From positions 1,116,001-1,180,000 of the forward strand of contig NC_079239.1 in assembly GCF_027921745.1 (NCBI RefSeq): DNA of 64,000 nt, written 5' to 3'. The translations under genes were made by a program, and so were the position numbers. This document shows, piece by piece, positions 13,673 to 26,675 of this stretch (its first letter is position 1; each line of letters begins with the position of its first letter). The stretch comes from Schizosaccharomyces osmophilus. Lineage: Eukaryota. The notes under the pieces were generated by a model. The model did not search any database. It was not told the DNA's origin and saw only the letters and a program-made list of their open reading frames with translations.

Positions 13673-13983
13673 TTTCTTTCCACTAAGAATCGTAGAGCTC
13701 TGGCCACGGTTTTAACAGTATATGAAAAATCGATTGTATAATATAATAGTAAGATTAATACTGTAGGCCGAGACTTTGTCGATCGTGCTTTTTATATACT
13801 TATTTTAAGATTCGGTTTTTGTACGTCTTATTCTATACATTTTTTAATAAATCTTATCAAACGCATAAGGAGCATTTGTGAATAAAAACTAGATCTCAAA
13901 ATTTCCGCAAAAAGTCGTACTGGTTCTTCATTAGGAAATGATTTCTATTTACAGAACTATTTGGAAATGTTGAACAAAATCTT

Positions 13984-16449
13984 TTAATCCAACTCAAATG
14001 CAGCCGATACGACGCCCATACAAAGAGCGTCAATCCATTCTGGCAAGTAAACTTCATTTAGACTGGAACACATGCGCATACTAGGACGATGTTCACCTTC
14101 CTCAAATTTCGAGGGATAGTGCCCTATAGCATCGAGACCAACAAAATCGAAAAAGATTGGTTCATCGACATAGCTCATATTAAAGGAATACGAATTGATA
14201 CCGTAGGCGCTCACTTCACGGATATGGTGTCTACGCACATATTTTGGTAGTTCCGGCAAAGACCAAGATATTAAGTCTGCATCAAAAGATAGAACTGTCC
14301 AGATCAAACCAGGATAATCAACTGTCACCGTAACATTAGCAACTCCATTTTCTACCACCTTGTTTGAGAAAGACAAACGTGGTTTGTGTTCAAAGTTAGA
14401 TTCTTCATTTAAGGGAATGCGATACGATCCAAGGAACTGACTGAAAGGATACACTGTATCCCAATCAGAATTCCAATCGTTAACTTCCGTTTTAACAGCT
14501 GGTTCCTCGGAGATTTTACTAGCCACGTTAGATACAAGTTTGTCAAATCCTGGAGCAGAATCAGCAGTGGCAATATGTAAAGAAAACTCATTTGATGTAA
14601 TGTTTTCCATATGTTGAACGAAAACTCGTCGGGGATGTAAAGCATCATAGTAAGTGTCTTGTCCACCTAGAATGTAAGAGCTACTTAAAGCTACTAGTAT
14701 AGACAATAGAAAACCAAACTTTATAAAGCAAGGAGAACGTATACGTTGGATCCATGGCGAAAGGAGAGGGAAGCTAATAAAGAAACAGCAAGTGCAAATA
14801 GTACTAATAATATTATCGGCAACCTTTTCGATTCCAATACGGCCAGTGAGAGGTACAAAGATATCAAGCATTGTAATACTGGCTTCAAGACCAACAGTCA
14901 AAGACCCAATTGATCCAATTACGTAACTCAAAAGGTGAACTTCTTTCTGTTTCCTAAAAACAAAGTCGTTAATTACAAGGGCGAGGATCATGAAAAAGTC
15001 TATAAGCGTAGCAAGATAAGCGGAGGGCAATGGAATGAATGTCATCAAAGAAAATACCAAGATGGTGGCTTTAAAGGTTTGATACTCTGATTTCTTGTTT
15101 ATCCAAGAGGAAGATATGATAGAAGCAATAATCACAGGCAAATAAATTAATAAAGGCCAATTCTCGTTACGGAACCAACTCATCCCTTTGTTTAGGACAT
15201 TGCCAAATACGTACGCCCAAATGTTGGGGAAAAGGAATGCGCTAAACACCGTAAGAAGCTGGAACAAAAAGGGTAAAACTATAGAATCAGATCCCCTTAT
15301 AGCAAGATAAATTCCCAACCCACCTACAGCAGCATTCAAAATTCGACCAGTCGTGCTTGAATACATGAAGAAAAGCCGGTTGAAAATCGAAAAGTAAACG
15401 GTATCAGAAGTAGCCAGATTGTTCATGTTAGCTTCGTGTGACGTTAAGTATTGGAGAATAGCAAGAATGTTTCCGCCAAACTGTTGAGCAGTACCAGGGC
15501 TGATATAGAGGGCTCTATCCTTCTTTGTATGGTACAGGTAGCTGTTTTGAACAACTGCCATATCTAATCCAGTAAGATTTCCGTATTGGACAAATTGGCG
15601 AAAGTCTGTGTCACTTATGATAATGCCAGTACGAAAAACATCATCAGCTAAAACAGTAGCAAACGGACGTGGCACATGAGAGTATGCTTTAATCATTTCA
15701 TCACTTGTAGCTTGAAACAGTATTTCTGCACCGGTAGTTCCACAAGCCTCGAGATTGACGACGTATTTCACGGAGTCCTTAAGGACGCTTTGAGTGATAA
15801 ACATATGAGAAGCATCCTGCAAAGATTCTTCAGCATCGTTAAAGAGGAAAACGACCGAGTTTGTCAAAGGCGTGGGCTGAGAGGAAAGAATACGCAGGTT
15901 TTCCAAAAGGATACCCACGGCTAGGGCATCATCGGTAGCGCCAGGACTAGGTAAAGTAGAATCAATGTGAGCATTGACTAAAACGGCTTCCTCTTTGGAA
16001 GCATCAGTTCCGTTACTGAGACGAACAGCGATATTCTTCAAACCGTGGTACTTTTTTATCACATATTTGTTCATAAAATCAAAAAGATGAGCACCATCGC
16101 CTGACTCATAGTAAACTTCAATTTCATGAGTGTTTGAGAGAGGACTATTCTCCAAATTCTTCTGGATGGCTAAAACCTCGTCCATGATATATCGACGAGC
16201 GCGATCCTGTTCAACTGTACCAAGAATTCGATAACCTATATTTTCAGAAAGCTCCTTCACATGTCTCATTATTGCTTTCTCTGATAGTTGAGGAGTACCG
16301 TCAGGCTTGTAAAGACTGTCGACTGGGGATATTAAGGAATTGTGAAAGTAGGACACAATCTGAGTCATGAGCACTATTAGTGCAAACAAAAATAGAGAGG
16401 AGACTCCATGTTTCCTCAATACTTGGCAACCGCGGGATGGCGAAGTCAT
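13984..16449 (-). CDS. erm1: ER metallopeptidase, M28 family (ERMP1-like)
   Basis: NAHIDS, PGATDDA, FNDAEE, NLEACG, YHT motifs followed by multiple TM segments. Confidence 0.88.
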   Translation of the reverse strand: MTSPSRGCQVLRKHGVSSLFLFALIVLMTQIVSYFHNSLISPVDSLYKPDGTPQLSEKAIMRHVKELSENIGYRILGTVEQDRARRYIMDEVLAIQKNLENSPLSNTHEIEVYYESGDGAHLFDFMNKYVIKKYHGLKNIAVRLSNGTDASKEEAVLVNAHIDSTLPSPGATDDALAVGILLENLRILSSQPTPLTNSVVFLFNDAEESLQDASHMFITQSVLKDSVKYVVNLEACGTTGAEILFQATSDEMIKAYSHVPRPFATVLADDVFRTGIIISDTDFRQFVQYGNLTGLDMAVVQNSYLYHTKKDRALYISPGTAQQFGGNILAILQYLTSHEANMNNLATSDTVYFSIFNRLFFMYSSTTGRILNAAVGGLGIYLAIRGSDSIVLPFLFQLLTVFSAFLFPNIWAYVFGNVLNKGMSWFRNENWPLLIYLPVIIASIISSSWINKKSEYQTFKATILVFSLMTFIPLPSAYLATLIDFFMILALVINDFVFRKQKEVHLLSYVIGSIGSLTVGLEASITMLDIFVPLTGRIGIEKVADNIISTICTCCFFISFPLLSPWIQRIRSPCFIKFGFLLSILVALSSSYILGGQDTYYDALHPRRVFVQHMENITSNEFSLHIATADSAPGFDKLVSNVASKISEEPAVKTEVNDWNSDWDTVYPFSQFLGSYRIPLNEESNFEHKPRLSFSNKVVENGVANVTVTVDYPGLIWTVLSFDADLISWSLPELPKYVRRHHIREVSAYGINSYSFNMSYVDEPIFFDFVGLDAIGHYPSKFEEGEHRPSMRMCSSLNEVYLPEWIDALCMGVVSAAFELD

Positions 16450-17365
16450 AATGACCCAAAAAGTAAGAAATGCAAAAAATGTTTACAAAGGAAAAAACAC
16501 CAAAGAGATAAACCAGAAAATAGGTATCAATAGAATGAAAAAATGAAAACCAACTGTTAAGTCTTTAATCTGAGCTTCAATAATTCAACCGCAGAGAATA
16601 TTGAACGGGTAAAGTACAATATTGACGAAATAATCCCGAACCCGTTATTTGAACAAAAAAATTTAGCAGATGAAACAAGAGTAAATTATTACAAGATCAG
16701 AAGCTCCTTAAATTCAAAACATGCGATGATCGCAGTTGCTTTCCAGTATAGGTAAGTTATAAGAGTAGCTTTGGATTAGACATGAGATATGACGGAGTAT
16801 GACCAGTGATAAAACTAGTCCGCCCATCAAGCTAGAGCTTCCAGTCATACAGCAAGTAAAAAAAAAAAATACCTACTGTTTGTCTTGTTTTTTATTTGGT
16901 GAATTTTTATGACGTCGACCTTAGATTTGAGCATTTGGTCGCAAATTTACTTCTTGGACAAACAGTAAAGCAGGAAATACAAAGGTTCGTATGCCAAGTT
17001 TATTTATAATAGGAAGAAGCAAATCAAATTGGTTGCCGGATTCCCATTCGGTAAAATGAAATGTGTAAAGGTAGCTGCTATGTATGTATTACCATTTTCA
17101 GCAGAGTGAAGAGAAAGTAAACAAAAACTTGTTGTTTCTTTTCACACTTCATACAGGACTACATTCATCATTCTACATCCATTAAACACTGCTGCATTTT
17201 TTATTTAAAAATATATGTTTACTAACGTATGATTGTTGGGTTGCCCAAATTTTCTTAGCAATGCCTTGCGTTAAAACGGTAAACTTCCTTACTTTCGATG
17301 CAAAAAAGAACATGCAAATCCTTTCCTTCACCTTGCTTTCCACCTAAAGGAAAAGACGAGCGAAC

Positions 17366-17862
17366 ATGTCAGCCATTGGATCTTTGGTATTTTGCTCTGA
17401 ATGCGGAAATCTTTTAGAAAGTACTACGGCACAATGGACGACCTGTGATCAATGTCAATCTGTTTATCCCTCTTCGCAATTTGCAAATTTGGCTGTCGAA
17501 ACAAAGAGTGGACCCAATGCATTTCCTTCTGCTTTGAAATTAAAACATAGCATTGTCCAAGTGGATACACAAAAGGAGGAGGCTGCAACGGTACGTAGAA
17601 TTGTGTTGGTTTCTCATGCTTTTATGAAAGACACACACTGTGATATTTGTCATGTCTTTTTCGTAGAACTTGATGAATTCATGATCACTTTTCTTGTTCA
17701 TCTAATCGAATACTAACATATATCTAGATTGACGAAAAGTGTCCTAAATGCGGTAACGATCAAATGACTTTCCATACCCTACAATTACGAAGTGCTGATG
17801 AAGGCTCCACTGTCTTTTATGAATGTCCTAGGTGTGGTTACAAGTTCAGCACGAATAATTAA
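17366..17862 (+). CDS. rpa12: RNA polymerase I subunit Rpa12, intron 17591-17727
   Basis: FCSECGNLL zinc ribbon; exon 2 IDEKCPKCGNDQMTFHTLQLRSADEGSTVFYECPRC. Confidence 0.95.
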
Positions 17863-18955
17863 AAAAAAAAAACAAGCAGGTGCCTGTAATTTTGGTAACA
17901 CGTCCGGCTCTTTATCCTCTAATCATATTTTCTCGAGCGTGATTATTGCCTTTGAAAAGTGATAAAAAATAAATTGAGGGAAAGGGATTCTTTTCTTCAT
18001 TCTAAGGTTTTTTTTGGTTTGGTTCATCGCTTAAGCGTATAATATATATTTCTTTTTTTTTTTGGATTAGGTCTGTCTTATTCACTACATTTTTTAATTC
18101 CCTGGAGATGATCATTACCCTTGGATAAACGGCACTTAAATAATAGTTTTCCGAAATGGACTACTATATTGCATACCATAGAAAGCTTTTCCGTCCTTTA
18201 CAGTCGTTCATTTCTCCCTTATAGTGGTCCTAGATATGCTTTCGTCAAATTCGTACACAGAATAGAAGGAATAATAGATGTTATAATTGTTTGGAATGCT
18301 GCTTCATTTTTATATTTTTTCATCGTAATTATCGACTAATATTTGTACTCTTCTAAACATTGACGAGTTTGTCTCTAATATCGTTTGCTTTGTTCACTCG
18401 AGAGAAGTTATTTTGGAAATTAAAAAGCGACTCATCTTCATTTTAGCATAAATATGATTTCTATATGTATTAATTTCTCTATAATGTAACTTGTTGATCC
18501 AAGTGTAGGAATATCTTTTAGATGTAGCTGAAACAGAGCAGTACAAGCATTAGCAGATATTTCTTTCTATTTATTTTACAATACAAACAAGTTCAAAAAG
18601 GAATGTGACACCATAATTCACTTGAGGACCAAATGGTTCCTAACTTTTCTAGTATCAATGAAGTATGTAAAAGCCCGACATGCGACACTGTAAAAGTAGA
18701 CTGCCATGGGTTTATTCACAAAAAAAACCAAATTTGTTTAGGACGCTCTTTGATACCAACTGCTAATGTCAACATTTTCTACTTCTTTTCTTTTGTTTAT
18801 TTACTATATGTCAAGTTTATAAACATCTGCCAAGATACAGAATGCACCATTAGCTTAAAGTGGTTAATGATATCACTAAGCTACACTATCCCGGCGAGAA
18901 AGGAGTCAAGCATGAAATAAGAGGAAATTGACGATCTGTATTCAATAAAGTAAAA

Positions 18956-19563
18956 ATGGCTTCCGTAAAGTCATTTAAAAGGAAATATCTGAAATTGAGA
19001 AAATCTTTTGATGTTGTCCTTCAGGAAACCGATGAAATTGAACAGAAAATAGCAGACATCTCACAAGTTTACCGTCGAATTTTGATGGAAAATACGTATG
19101 CTTTTTTTATTTTTCTTTAGAAGAGATGGAAAGGAAAATATTTAAGTATTTCTAGTCCTCTACTAACGCTGTTTGTAGGCATTTAACCGATTTACTTTTG
19201 GACATGAACAAGACAACATTGTCTACACCTCCAGCTAGTTCTCCCGGATCCCCGAATTGGCAAGCAAATGCTGTGCCTCGTATTGATTTTTTAGAAGATA
19301 CGTCCGTTGCTTATAGTTTAGAAAAGCCAATCGCCAGTACCCATAAGTGGCTATCTGGCTTAACAGCCCACTCCAAGTCCAACAATTCACTCTTGTCAGT
19401 TGGGAGCTCAAATACCTTCTCTAAACCAACCCCAAGCTTGCCGGCTCAGTCATCCCCTGCACCAGCCTCTACACCCATCAATCCTAGCTCTTTATGGAAG
19501 CAAAAGCGGAAAAGAACAGCAGACTCACCGTCGGAGCGTCGTTCTAGAAAGAGATCATCTTAA
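18956..19563 (+). CDS. iec3: Ino80 complex subunit Iec3-like, one intron
   Basis: MASVKSFKRKYLKLRKSFD N-terminal motif, GTATGC..CTAAC..TAG intron, remembered synteny. Confidence 0.72.
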
Positions 19564-20300
19564 ACTAAATATACGTTTTCTTTTTGCAATTAGAAGAGCA
19601 TAGTACAGTTTGCATGTCCGATCTTTCTTACCGCATACTACTATTTTATTTATAATTAGAACACAGGTGCTATATTCCTATATATTTATACACTTTTCTT
19701 TTCTTTACTTTTTACTCAACAAACTGTGTGTGCTATTTATGACTGCTCCGGGCTGACAATTTTTACTTGGTAAGAAAAGGGTATGAATAATCAGTCAATG
19801 GGAGGCTTCGTTGTCTTCATTTGTAACCATTTAGTCTTCTTTTCCCCGTAATTTCTTTTTCTCTTTTGTAACTTCACCGTTTAACTATCATCAAAGTGCA
19901 ACGCCTATTCTATACGGCCTACATCCGTTTCTCCTTCAAAAATACAATACGAAGTTAGTTGATCACATGGAGAAATTACAGACAGTTTCGATGGAGTTGG
20001 GACCAGTCTGGGATACAAACTACTTATGACTACGGGTGGTCGTAAATCTAAATCAGTCTACCGGTTTCATTCTTGCTCATCAAGAGCCAAAATCAATAAA
20101 AAATTTAAAACACCTTTCATATTGAACAAACACCTATGGGTTTTCGCCAAAGAAGGGTAAACGAGCTAAATTTCAAATGAAGTCAATTAGTAGTAAAAGG
20201 AGTGCGAAAACATAATTGAAAAAAAAGGGAAAAAAAGACCAATGTGGAGTACTTCATCGTTAAATTGACGCATATTAGACATGTTCACAGGTCATCCGGT

Positions 20301-20549
20301 TTATTCGGAAAGCTTTTCTGCAGCAAGTTTCTTGTAATACTCATCACGTTGCTTGAAGGCAGGCTTGTGGTAACCGTACCACCACACCAAGCCACCAGCG
20401 GTTCCTAAACCAAGAATCGTAGAAAAGTCAACGATAATTTGTCTGCAACAAATGTTAAAATCACCAGTCTAACCATCAAGGTCGCGTTTTTCTCTGAACA
20501 TGACCAAATCATACCTTTTGAAAAGTCCAGTAACAGGTCCGACAGCCAT
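20301..20549 (-). CDS. cox9: Cytochrome c oxidase subunit VIIa (Cox9), intron 20442-20514; absent from the ORF track
   Basis: Spliced translation [58 protein letters not shown]. Confidence 0.88.
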
Positions 20550-21351
20550 AATGAAAAAAACTGCAAAAGCTAAGCTTGAAATGAATTGGTAGAGAAGGGG
20601 GAGTTGGTAAGTTTACTATTAGCTACTATACGATATGTCTCCGCTAGTTGGAGACATAGTGAACTCGAAGGACCTCTGTAAACCATTTGGAAAACAAAAC
20701 ATATACTGTAGAGATGGAATCGAATCGTAGACTGAGTTGGTATCGTTTAGAAATTTGATTTCCTTTATTTTTTTGCCAGGGTTCCAAAATCCAATCCCAA
20801 ACGTTGTTCTCCTGAGACCTCTGTGCTTGTGGTCAAGGACATCCTTGTTAAATATACACTGATTTCATGGATAAACTACTGATCGCTTTTACTGAGAATG
20901 AATGATTTATCCAAATTTTGTACGGGGTTGTTTATTACTAAATCATAGTGAGAGAAAATGAAGTACAGTGAAGTATGGTAAATAATATAAAGGGCCATGC
21001 ACGAAATCGCTATTTGCAGAAACTGAATTAAGACCTTTTCAACGCGAATTCAATATATATGAACTTGTTTCATTTTCTTTTCCTTGACGAAGAATCAATT
21101 TATTTGTTTCTTTACTTACTCTGTGTATGAGATATTTACGGGAAACCCTTTCAATTTAAAACGCGTACCTTGGAAAGCGACGTACATTGAAGAACCAGAC
21201 AAGAAAGCGAGTTTTCCCATCACGTATTCTGCCTGTTAAGGAAGGTTAAGTGCCTTCGGTCGAAAAAGTAGTCTCGTGACAAGTACTTGCGTTCATCTTT
21301 GTTACATTTGGGCGCATTTGAAAAACCTTTACATCTTCTCAGATTTACAAT

Positions 21352-22066
21352 ATGGAAACTATACTATACAATATTCTTCAGCACAATGGGTTTGACGGAA
21401 TAACGAAAGCGGCTGAACGAATGTTTTTGGATGCAATCGACAAACGTATGAAAAAGCCATCTTTTGGAACCATTACTAACTGCGTCTACAGACATCAGGG
21501 CTTTATTTTACGAACTAGCAATCCACACACAACTTGGAAAACATAATGAACCTACTACTCAAGACGTTGCGCATTGGTTGAATTTGAATAATATACCTGT
21601 ATCAAGCCTTCATAAAGAGTTGCATACAGTATACAAGCCATTATCACAAGAATTCATTGAAAATCTGGAAGAAACGATTCACAAGTCCGCTGATATACCG
21701 GATCGCTTTAAATCATCACTGGACTCTAGCATGATATCTCACTTGCTTGGGTCTTTGGCTGTTTCTCAAAACCGACCTAGTTATGTAGCAAACCATTTGC
21801 CCCCGTTTCCTGCCTCTCACACGTATTTAGCTAGCCCCGTGTACCCAGTAAGACCTACGTCTCCCAGACGGATACGAGAACTGGCTACGAAAGAATCTCG
21901 TTTAGCTGAAAATGCTTTGCGGAAGATTCTAGATGCCAATCAACCTCAGGTTCTGAATTCACCTCGACAAGCCGCTTTTGCAAAGGCGAGCCAAGATTTG
22001 GAGTTGGATAGCAAATCTTTTCACATTGTCAATTGGGAATCACAGAAATGGAATACTCCAAGATAA
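21352..22066 (+). CDS. taf8: TFIID subunit Taf8, one intron
   Basis: N-terminal histone-fold-like region (ILQHNGFDGI) and TAF8_C motif PSYVANHLPPFPASHTYLASP. Confidence 0.85.
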
Positions 22067-22071
22067 AATTT

Positions 22072-22363
22072 CTATTCAACCTCTAATCCAACTAATCCAT
22101 TCAATGGTTGCACTTCCTCTAGACCACCTCGAATCCTATGCTTTATGTTAGAAATTTTTTCAAAAAGGAGGATTTGGACTTTACAAGCCGTTGTCTTTAG
22201 CATACTTTCGAAAAAACCGATGTACCGTTAAGCATACCACTTTGTTGCTGTCATCCTCTGCTTTCTCGCACATGTACTGTTTCATGCACATATATTGAAG
22301 ACTAGTGGGTTGACTCTTGTTTTCCTGTGATTCGGCCCTTTTCGCCTCAGGAGTAGATCCCAT
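22072..22363 (-). CDS. Small spliced Cys-containing protein (73 aa), possibly Som1-like (mitochondrial inner-membrane peptidase accessory subunit)
   Basis: Exon 1 22363-22206, intron 22205-22136 (GTATGC..CTAAC..CATAG), exon 2 to TAG at 22072; motif C..QYMC........VCLTVHRFFRK. Confidence 0.5.
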
Positions 22364-22769
22364 GATAGAATTGGATAAATTTACCGTAAAGCTTATCCAA
22401 TAATACTAAGTTTTCTCGTTAGCATGTTTTTGTAATGAATGTTTCTTTTATGTTCCATATACGCGTTTCTGTCTGCAGTTGCAATACACGAAAACCAATC
22501 CACGCTGCTTTTCATACATCAATTCAACGAATAGGTAAACCTACCAAGGTGTTTTGAGGGAGCTAAATCCTTTTTCGAATAGCTATTCCTCAATGTATAC
22601 CTAAGCTACTTGAATATTATGTTTGCTATAAACTCAGGCTGTTCTTACTGAGGTACCGTCATCTATGACATTCCTACTATAGTGTGCTATGTTCGAATTT
22701 GGTATTCTGTAGGAGATTGCTGGTCAAACCATACGAATACAGCAGATTGTAATAATACATACAATCTTC

Positions 22770-23878
22770 ATGGAAAATCGACAGTCGAGCCATACTGCTA
22801 GGTAAGAAGCATCGAGTCCGTACCTTCTAACCGAAGTGCTAGTGAAGAAGAACATCAAGAACCCAGTCATGAGGACAGCATGCACAGTACACCAAAACCA
22901 GAGAAGGTAGGATTCTCAGTATTATCCATTGGCTCTATCCTTGAAAACCCGCAAAGCCCCAAAAGTCCCGAGGGAGTTGAATCTCGTCAAAATGATATTA
23001 AATCTACTCATACAGAAGCAGTGCCAATGGCTACATCAACACCGACGTCGTCAGAGAATTCCTCCCCAACGGCTAGCAATCATTCAGAAAAAAAGACCAA
23101 AGTAGAAAAAGAAGAGGAGAATCAGAAAGAAAATCAAGAACACTTCCAGCAATTCGGTGGTACTGGAGAGCCAACAGCAACTCTTCCCTCCCATCCGGAT
23201 GCAGCATTAAGTTCCTTAGCAATAGCAGGGTCCGCGCCATGGCCGTATTCAAGTCCAGCGTATGAAGATTCTCAGAATTTAGATGGTGAAAGTCAAATAC
23301 CTTACGCATATCCACATATTCCTGTTCGACAATTTGTTTCCCCGCCCATAGACATTGACAATTCCGCCCTTGATGGCTTTCTGGAACGATGCGTATCATC
23401 GGAAAAGGAACCCGTTGGACAATTCGTCTATACTCCATGGTTTGAGTTGCCTTTAATGTACAATGCCATCGGAAAATTCATCCGAATAGAAATTGATGCG
23501 AAATGGTTGAATGCTGCGATTAATCCACGCCTAGGCAAACGTGAACTATGGGGAACGGATGTGTATACGGATGACTCAGATATAGTCACCATGTTGGCAC
23601 ATTGCGGGTACTTTTCTCTCTTCAAACCTTTAACGAAGATCGCTGTTGTGGACTTGTTTATTCTGCCGCCATTACTGGGTTACAAAGGAACTAGGAAAAA
23701 CCAAATTGAAAGCAGAAGCTGGACTTCTCGACAAGATGGTTTAAGTATTAAAGTGAAAAACCAAGAGTGGAAGTCTCCCGAACCTTCGGTTTTTGAAAAT
23801 ACTATGCATAATATGACTTTAGAACAACGCTTACAAGCTCGACTTGAACTTTCCCGTTCCTCTGTCTTTAAGATATAA
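22770..23878 (+). CDS. rxt3: Rpd3L/Clr6 complex subunit Rxt3
   Basis: RELWGTDVYTDDSDIVTMLAHCG motif; short first exon from ATG 22770 followed by a GTAAGA intron. Confidence 0.85.
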
Positions 23879-25200
23879 TGTAAATGTACTGAATATTTTT
23901 TTGAATTATTTTTGAACGAACAATATACAAGTATTCAAGTTACACGGTTAGATTAGCATCGGTTGGACTTTCTACGCTTCCAAGCATTCAAAAACACTTT
24001 GCTAATTCCAACCCCAAAAAAGACCCTTTCCTTAACTTTAAGTCATTCTATTGTTTTCTAATTACATTTCTACCTATTGCCCAAAACATTTGATGTACCA
24101 TCCGTCGTTTGTCCTATACTTTCTCCTAATGACAAAGTATAGGACAAACAAATCCGCATCTGCCTCTTTCAAAGCTTTGCGTAACAAGCCATCATGAAAC
24201 AATGCATACCCTACTAAACAAAGCATAAAAGCAACTGATTCCCCAACTCCGCTGTTACTTGACGTGATACTTTCAGGCGTAAAACTGGTGTAAGCAAGAC
24301 GGGAAATTAGTTTGCCAACATCTATAAATTGACATTGTTTCCCACTCTTTTTTTGAAGAAACGTTTTTACCCGCTACTCTTTGTGTTTGTACCCGATAAT
24401 TTTTGTTTTCAGGAAACCCTACCCTAGGTTTATAGTGGACGACTTCTCTTCGCTGGGGCGAATTTGCTTTCTTTAACCAATCTATTGGACAGTGAGGAAA
24501 GAGAAAGAGCAAGTTTTACTTGTATCTGTTCTGTGCGATTTCAATTCGTTGCATTTCGGGACCAAATTTGGTTTCTAGTTGGCGATAAACAACTCAAAAG
24601 TTTCAAGGCTGATAAATTTTGAAAAATTGTTTGTGTTCGCCGCAAACAAACGGTTTCACTGGCTTAGTTTCTATTTTCTCTAAAGCTAGAAAGAAATCAT
24701 TGAATTATTTCGGACCGAACAGGAGATTCTGAATATACTCTGCACTTAACCGCTCACTCTTGAGTAATTGTACTTTTCTTAGAATTTTGATTGTGAACGT
24801 AATAAAGAAGCCATCATGTTTTCTTTATAACATATTTCGCTTTCTCTCTCTTTTAAAATTCTCTTATAACCCGATTTCTTGTTCTGCGTGTGTGCGTGTG
24901 TATTTCCTTTTTACTTCACGAAAAACGCAGTTTTTTATTACGTACCTGTCCTAGAATTCGGTCTTGTTTTATTTTAAAAAAAGAAAAAATTAGCTCTTCT
25001 TCCTAAGAACGAGCTCTGTTAGTTGTTTATTCGTTCAGCTTTGGCTGCTTATAGTTGTGCATTAGATTCTCTTTCAACTAAAGAATTGGTCGTGTTTTTT
25101 ATTACATATAAATTTCAAGTACCCTGGTCTTTGACTCTTTATATATCTCTTTTTCATTGGTTCGATACTCTTTTTGTGCATTTCTCGCATCCTTATTGCA

Positions 25201-26382
25201 ATGACGGGGTTATTAAGCATTTTGTTGCATTGCAAGCCTTCTAACATTGACGAAACAAAGGTTTCTGCTCCAGAACCTCATTCGGTTCAATTCTGTATTC
25301 AGCATACTGATGAGCAATCTTCTGGAACCTCTCCTTTGCAGGAACGCGTCAAATTTGCCGTCTTGCCTACTCGAGTTGATGAAGGACAGTCCAGAAAGCC
25401 CTGCCCATACGGGAAATCTCCACCCCCAGTTATCAGCAAAAATCAGCTGCTAAACCGTCCTCAAAAATCATACGTTTGCGATGGTCATATTAAAGGCCAA
25501 AATTCTAATATGCTGCGTAAACCCTTGGGGCATTTGAACAAAGAACAACAGTATGTTAAACAGCCTCCTAAAATCACTTTTGCTTTAGGAAATTTAACAA
25601 ATGAAAAAAATCCGACTACGTCGGCTTCCCGTACTGCTACTCCCAAGCAGGTTGCTACCACCTGTCGCGATGTGCTGGAGGATGTGTTAAAAAAGGAGAA
25701 CGATTTGAAGGTTGAGTCTTCTGATGAAGAAGAAGATGATAACGAATTTGCTTATCCTGTGAGATTTCAAAAAGATGTTAATAATATTGGCAAAGGTAAA
25801 ACGTATAGACCTATAAGGTCTCCCAAACCACCTGCCAAAAAGCTCAATGTTTCCTCTTTTGAAGATGAAACCGAAGAAGATGATGACGACGAAAATGAAA
25901 ACGATTCAGATTTTTCTGACGAAGAGGCTGATAGCGGTACCGACGAAAGCGAAGGGGCTGTCTCTGAATCTTCTTTATCCAACAATGTCGGTGAGAGACG
26001 ATCACCTTTAAAATCTCCTTCATCTCCTATACAGACTGCTGCTCCACCATCCGAAAATTTAATTCCGGATGACACTGATTTTGTACCTGGTACGTTTGAT
26101 GAAGATCAACCTGCCTGTTTAGCGTTTGCTTCTTCCTTAGCAAATCATTCTCCTAAGTATTTCCTAATGGTACCTCAGGACATAGATCCTACTTTTCCAG
26201 ATTCTGATTCTGACGATGAATTTGTGAATGAAAAATCATCTAGAGCCCAGCGATCATCTGCTAAGGCTAAATGGAATCCCAAACACAGCAGTAACAATGT
26301 CGAAAAGAAGTTTTCGTTGGGAATGTCAAAAAATAGCAGATCCCCCCCTGTGAATATTAATCGAAGACCGTCGATGGCTTAA
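25201..26382 (+). CDS. Conserved fungal acidic protein, DUF2457-like
   Basis: PDDTDFVPGTFDEDQP and PQDIDPTFPDSD motifs, D/E-rich tract. Confidence 0.7.
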   Translation: MTGLLSILLHCKPSNIDETKVSAPEPHSVQFCIQHTDEQSSGTSPLQERVKFAVLPTRVDEGQSRKPCPYGKSPPPVISKNQLLNRPQKSYVCDGHIKGQNSNMLRKPLGHLNKEQQYVKQPPKITFALGNLTNEKNPTTSASRTATPKQVATTCRDVLEDVLKKENDLKVESSDEEEDDNEFAYPVRFQKDVNNIGKGKTYRPIRSPKPPAKKLNVSSFEDETEEDDDDENENDSDFSDEEADSGTDESEGAVSESSLSNNVGERRSPLKSPSSPIQTAAPPSENLIPDDTDFVPGTFDEDQPACLAFASSLANHSPKYFLMVPQDIDPTFPDSDSDDEFVNEKSSRAQRSSAKAKWNPKHSSNNVEKKFSLGMSKNSRSPPVNINRRPSMA

Positions 26383-26675
26383 TAAATCGCAACGGATCTA
26401 CTTATTGCTGTATAAATAAAAAAAAGGAAAACTGGAAATACTGGAAATACGTCCATGGCGTGTATATTTGTTTGATGTAATTTTCTGTTTCGTTTAGTTA
26501 TTGTATCACTCGTTATGTTCTAATCATCACTGTTGTTAATAGATTCTGGTTATATTATTTAACTTTGTCCTAGTTAGTTGTAAAACAAAAACTATAGTTA
26601 TTAGTTTAAGAAAAAGAAGGATAATACAGTTCAGTGTCTAGGATTTATTTCTGAAGATTCGGTGAATTCCGATAA

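Noticed and set aside
13150..13686. 178-aa + strand ORF and other antisense ORFs over rps18, the ABCF gene, pdx1 and gag/pol
   Set aside because: Antisense shadows of codon-biased real genes.
20780..20915. Possible H/ACA snoRNA between cox9 and taf8 (GGATAAA...TTTATCC stem, second hairpin, ACA on minus strand)
   Set aside because: Inner pairing is poor and no plausible pseudouridylation pocket is visible; an Rfam/snoGPS search would be needed.
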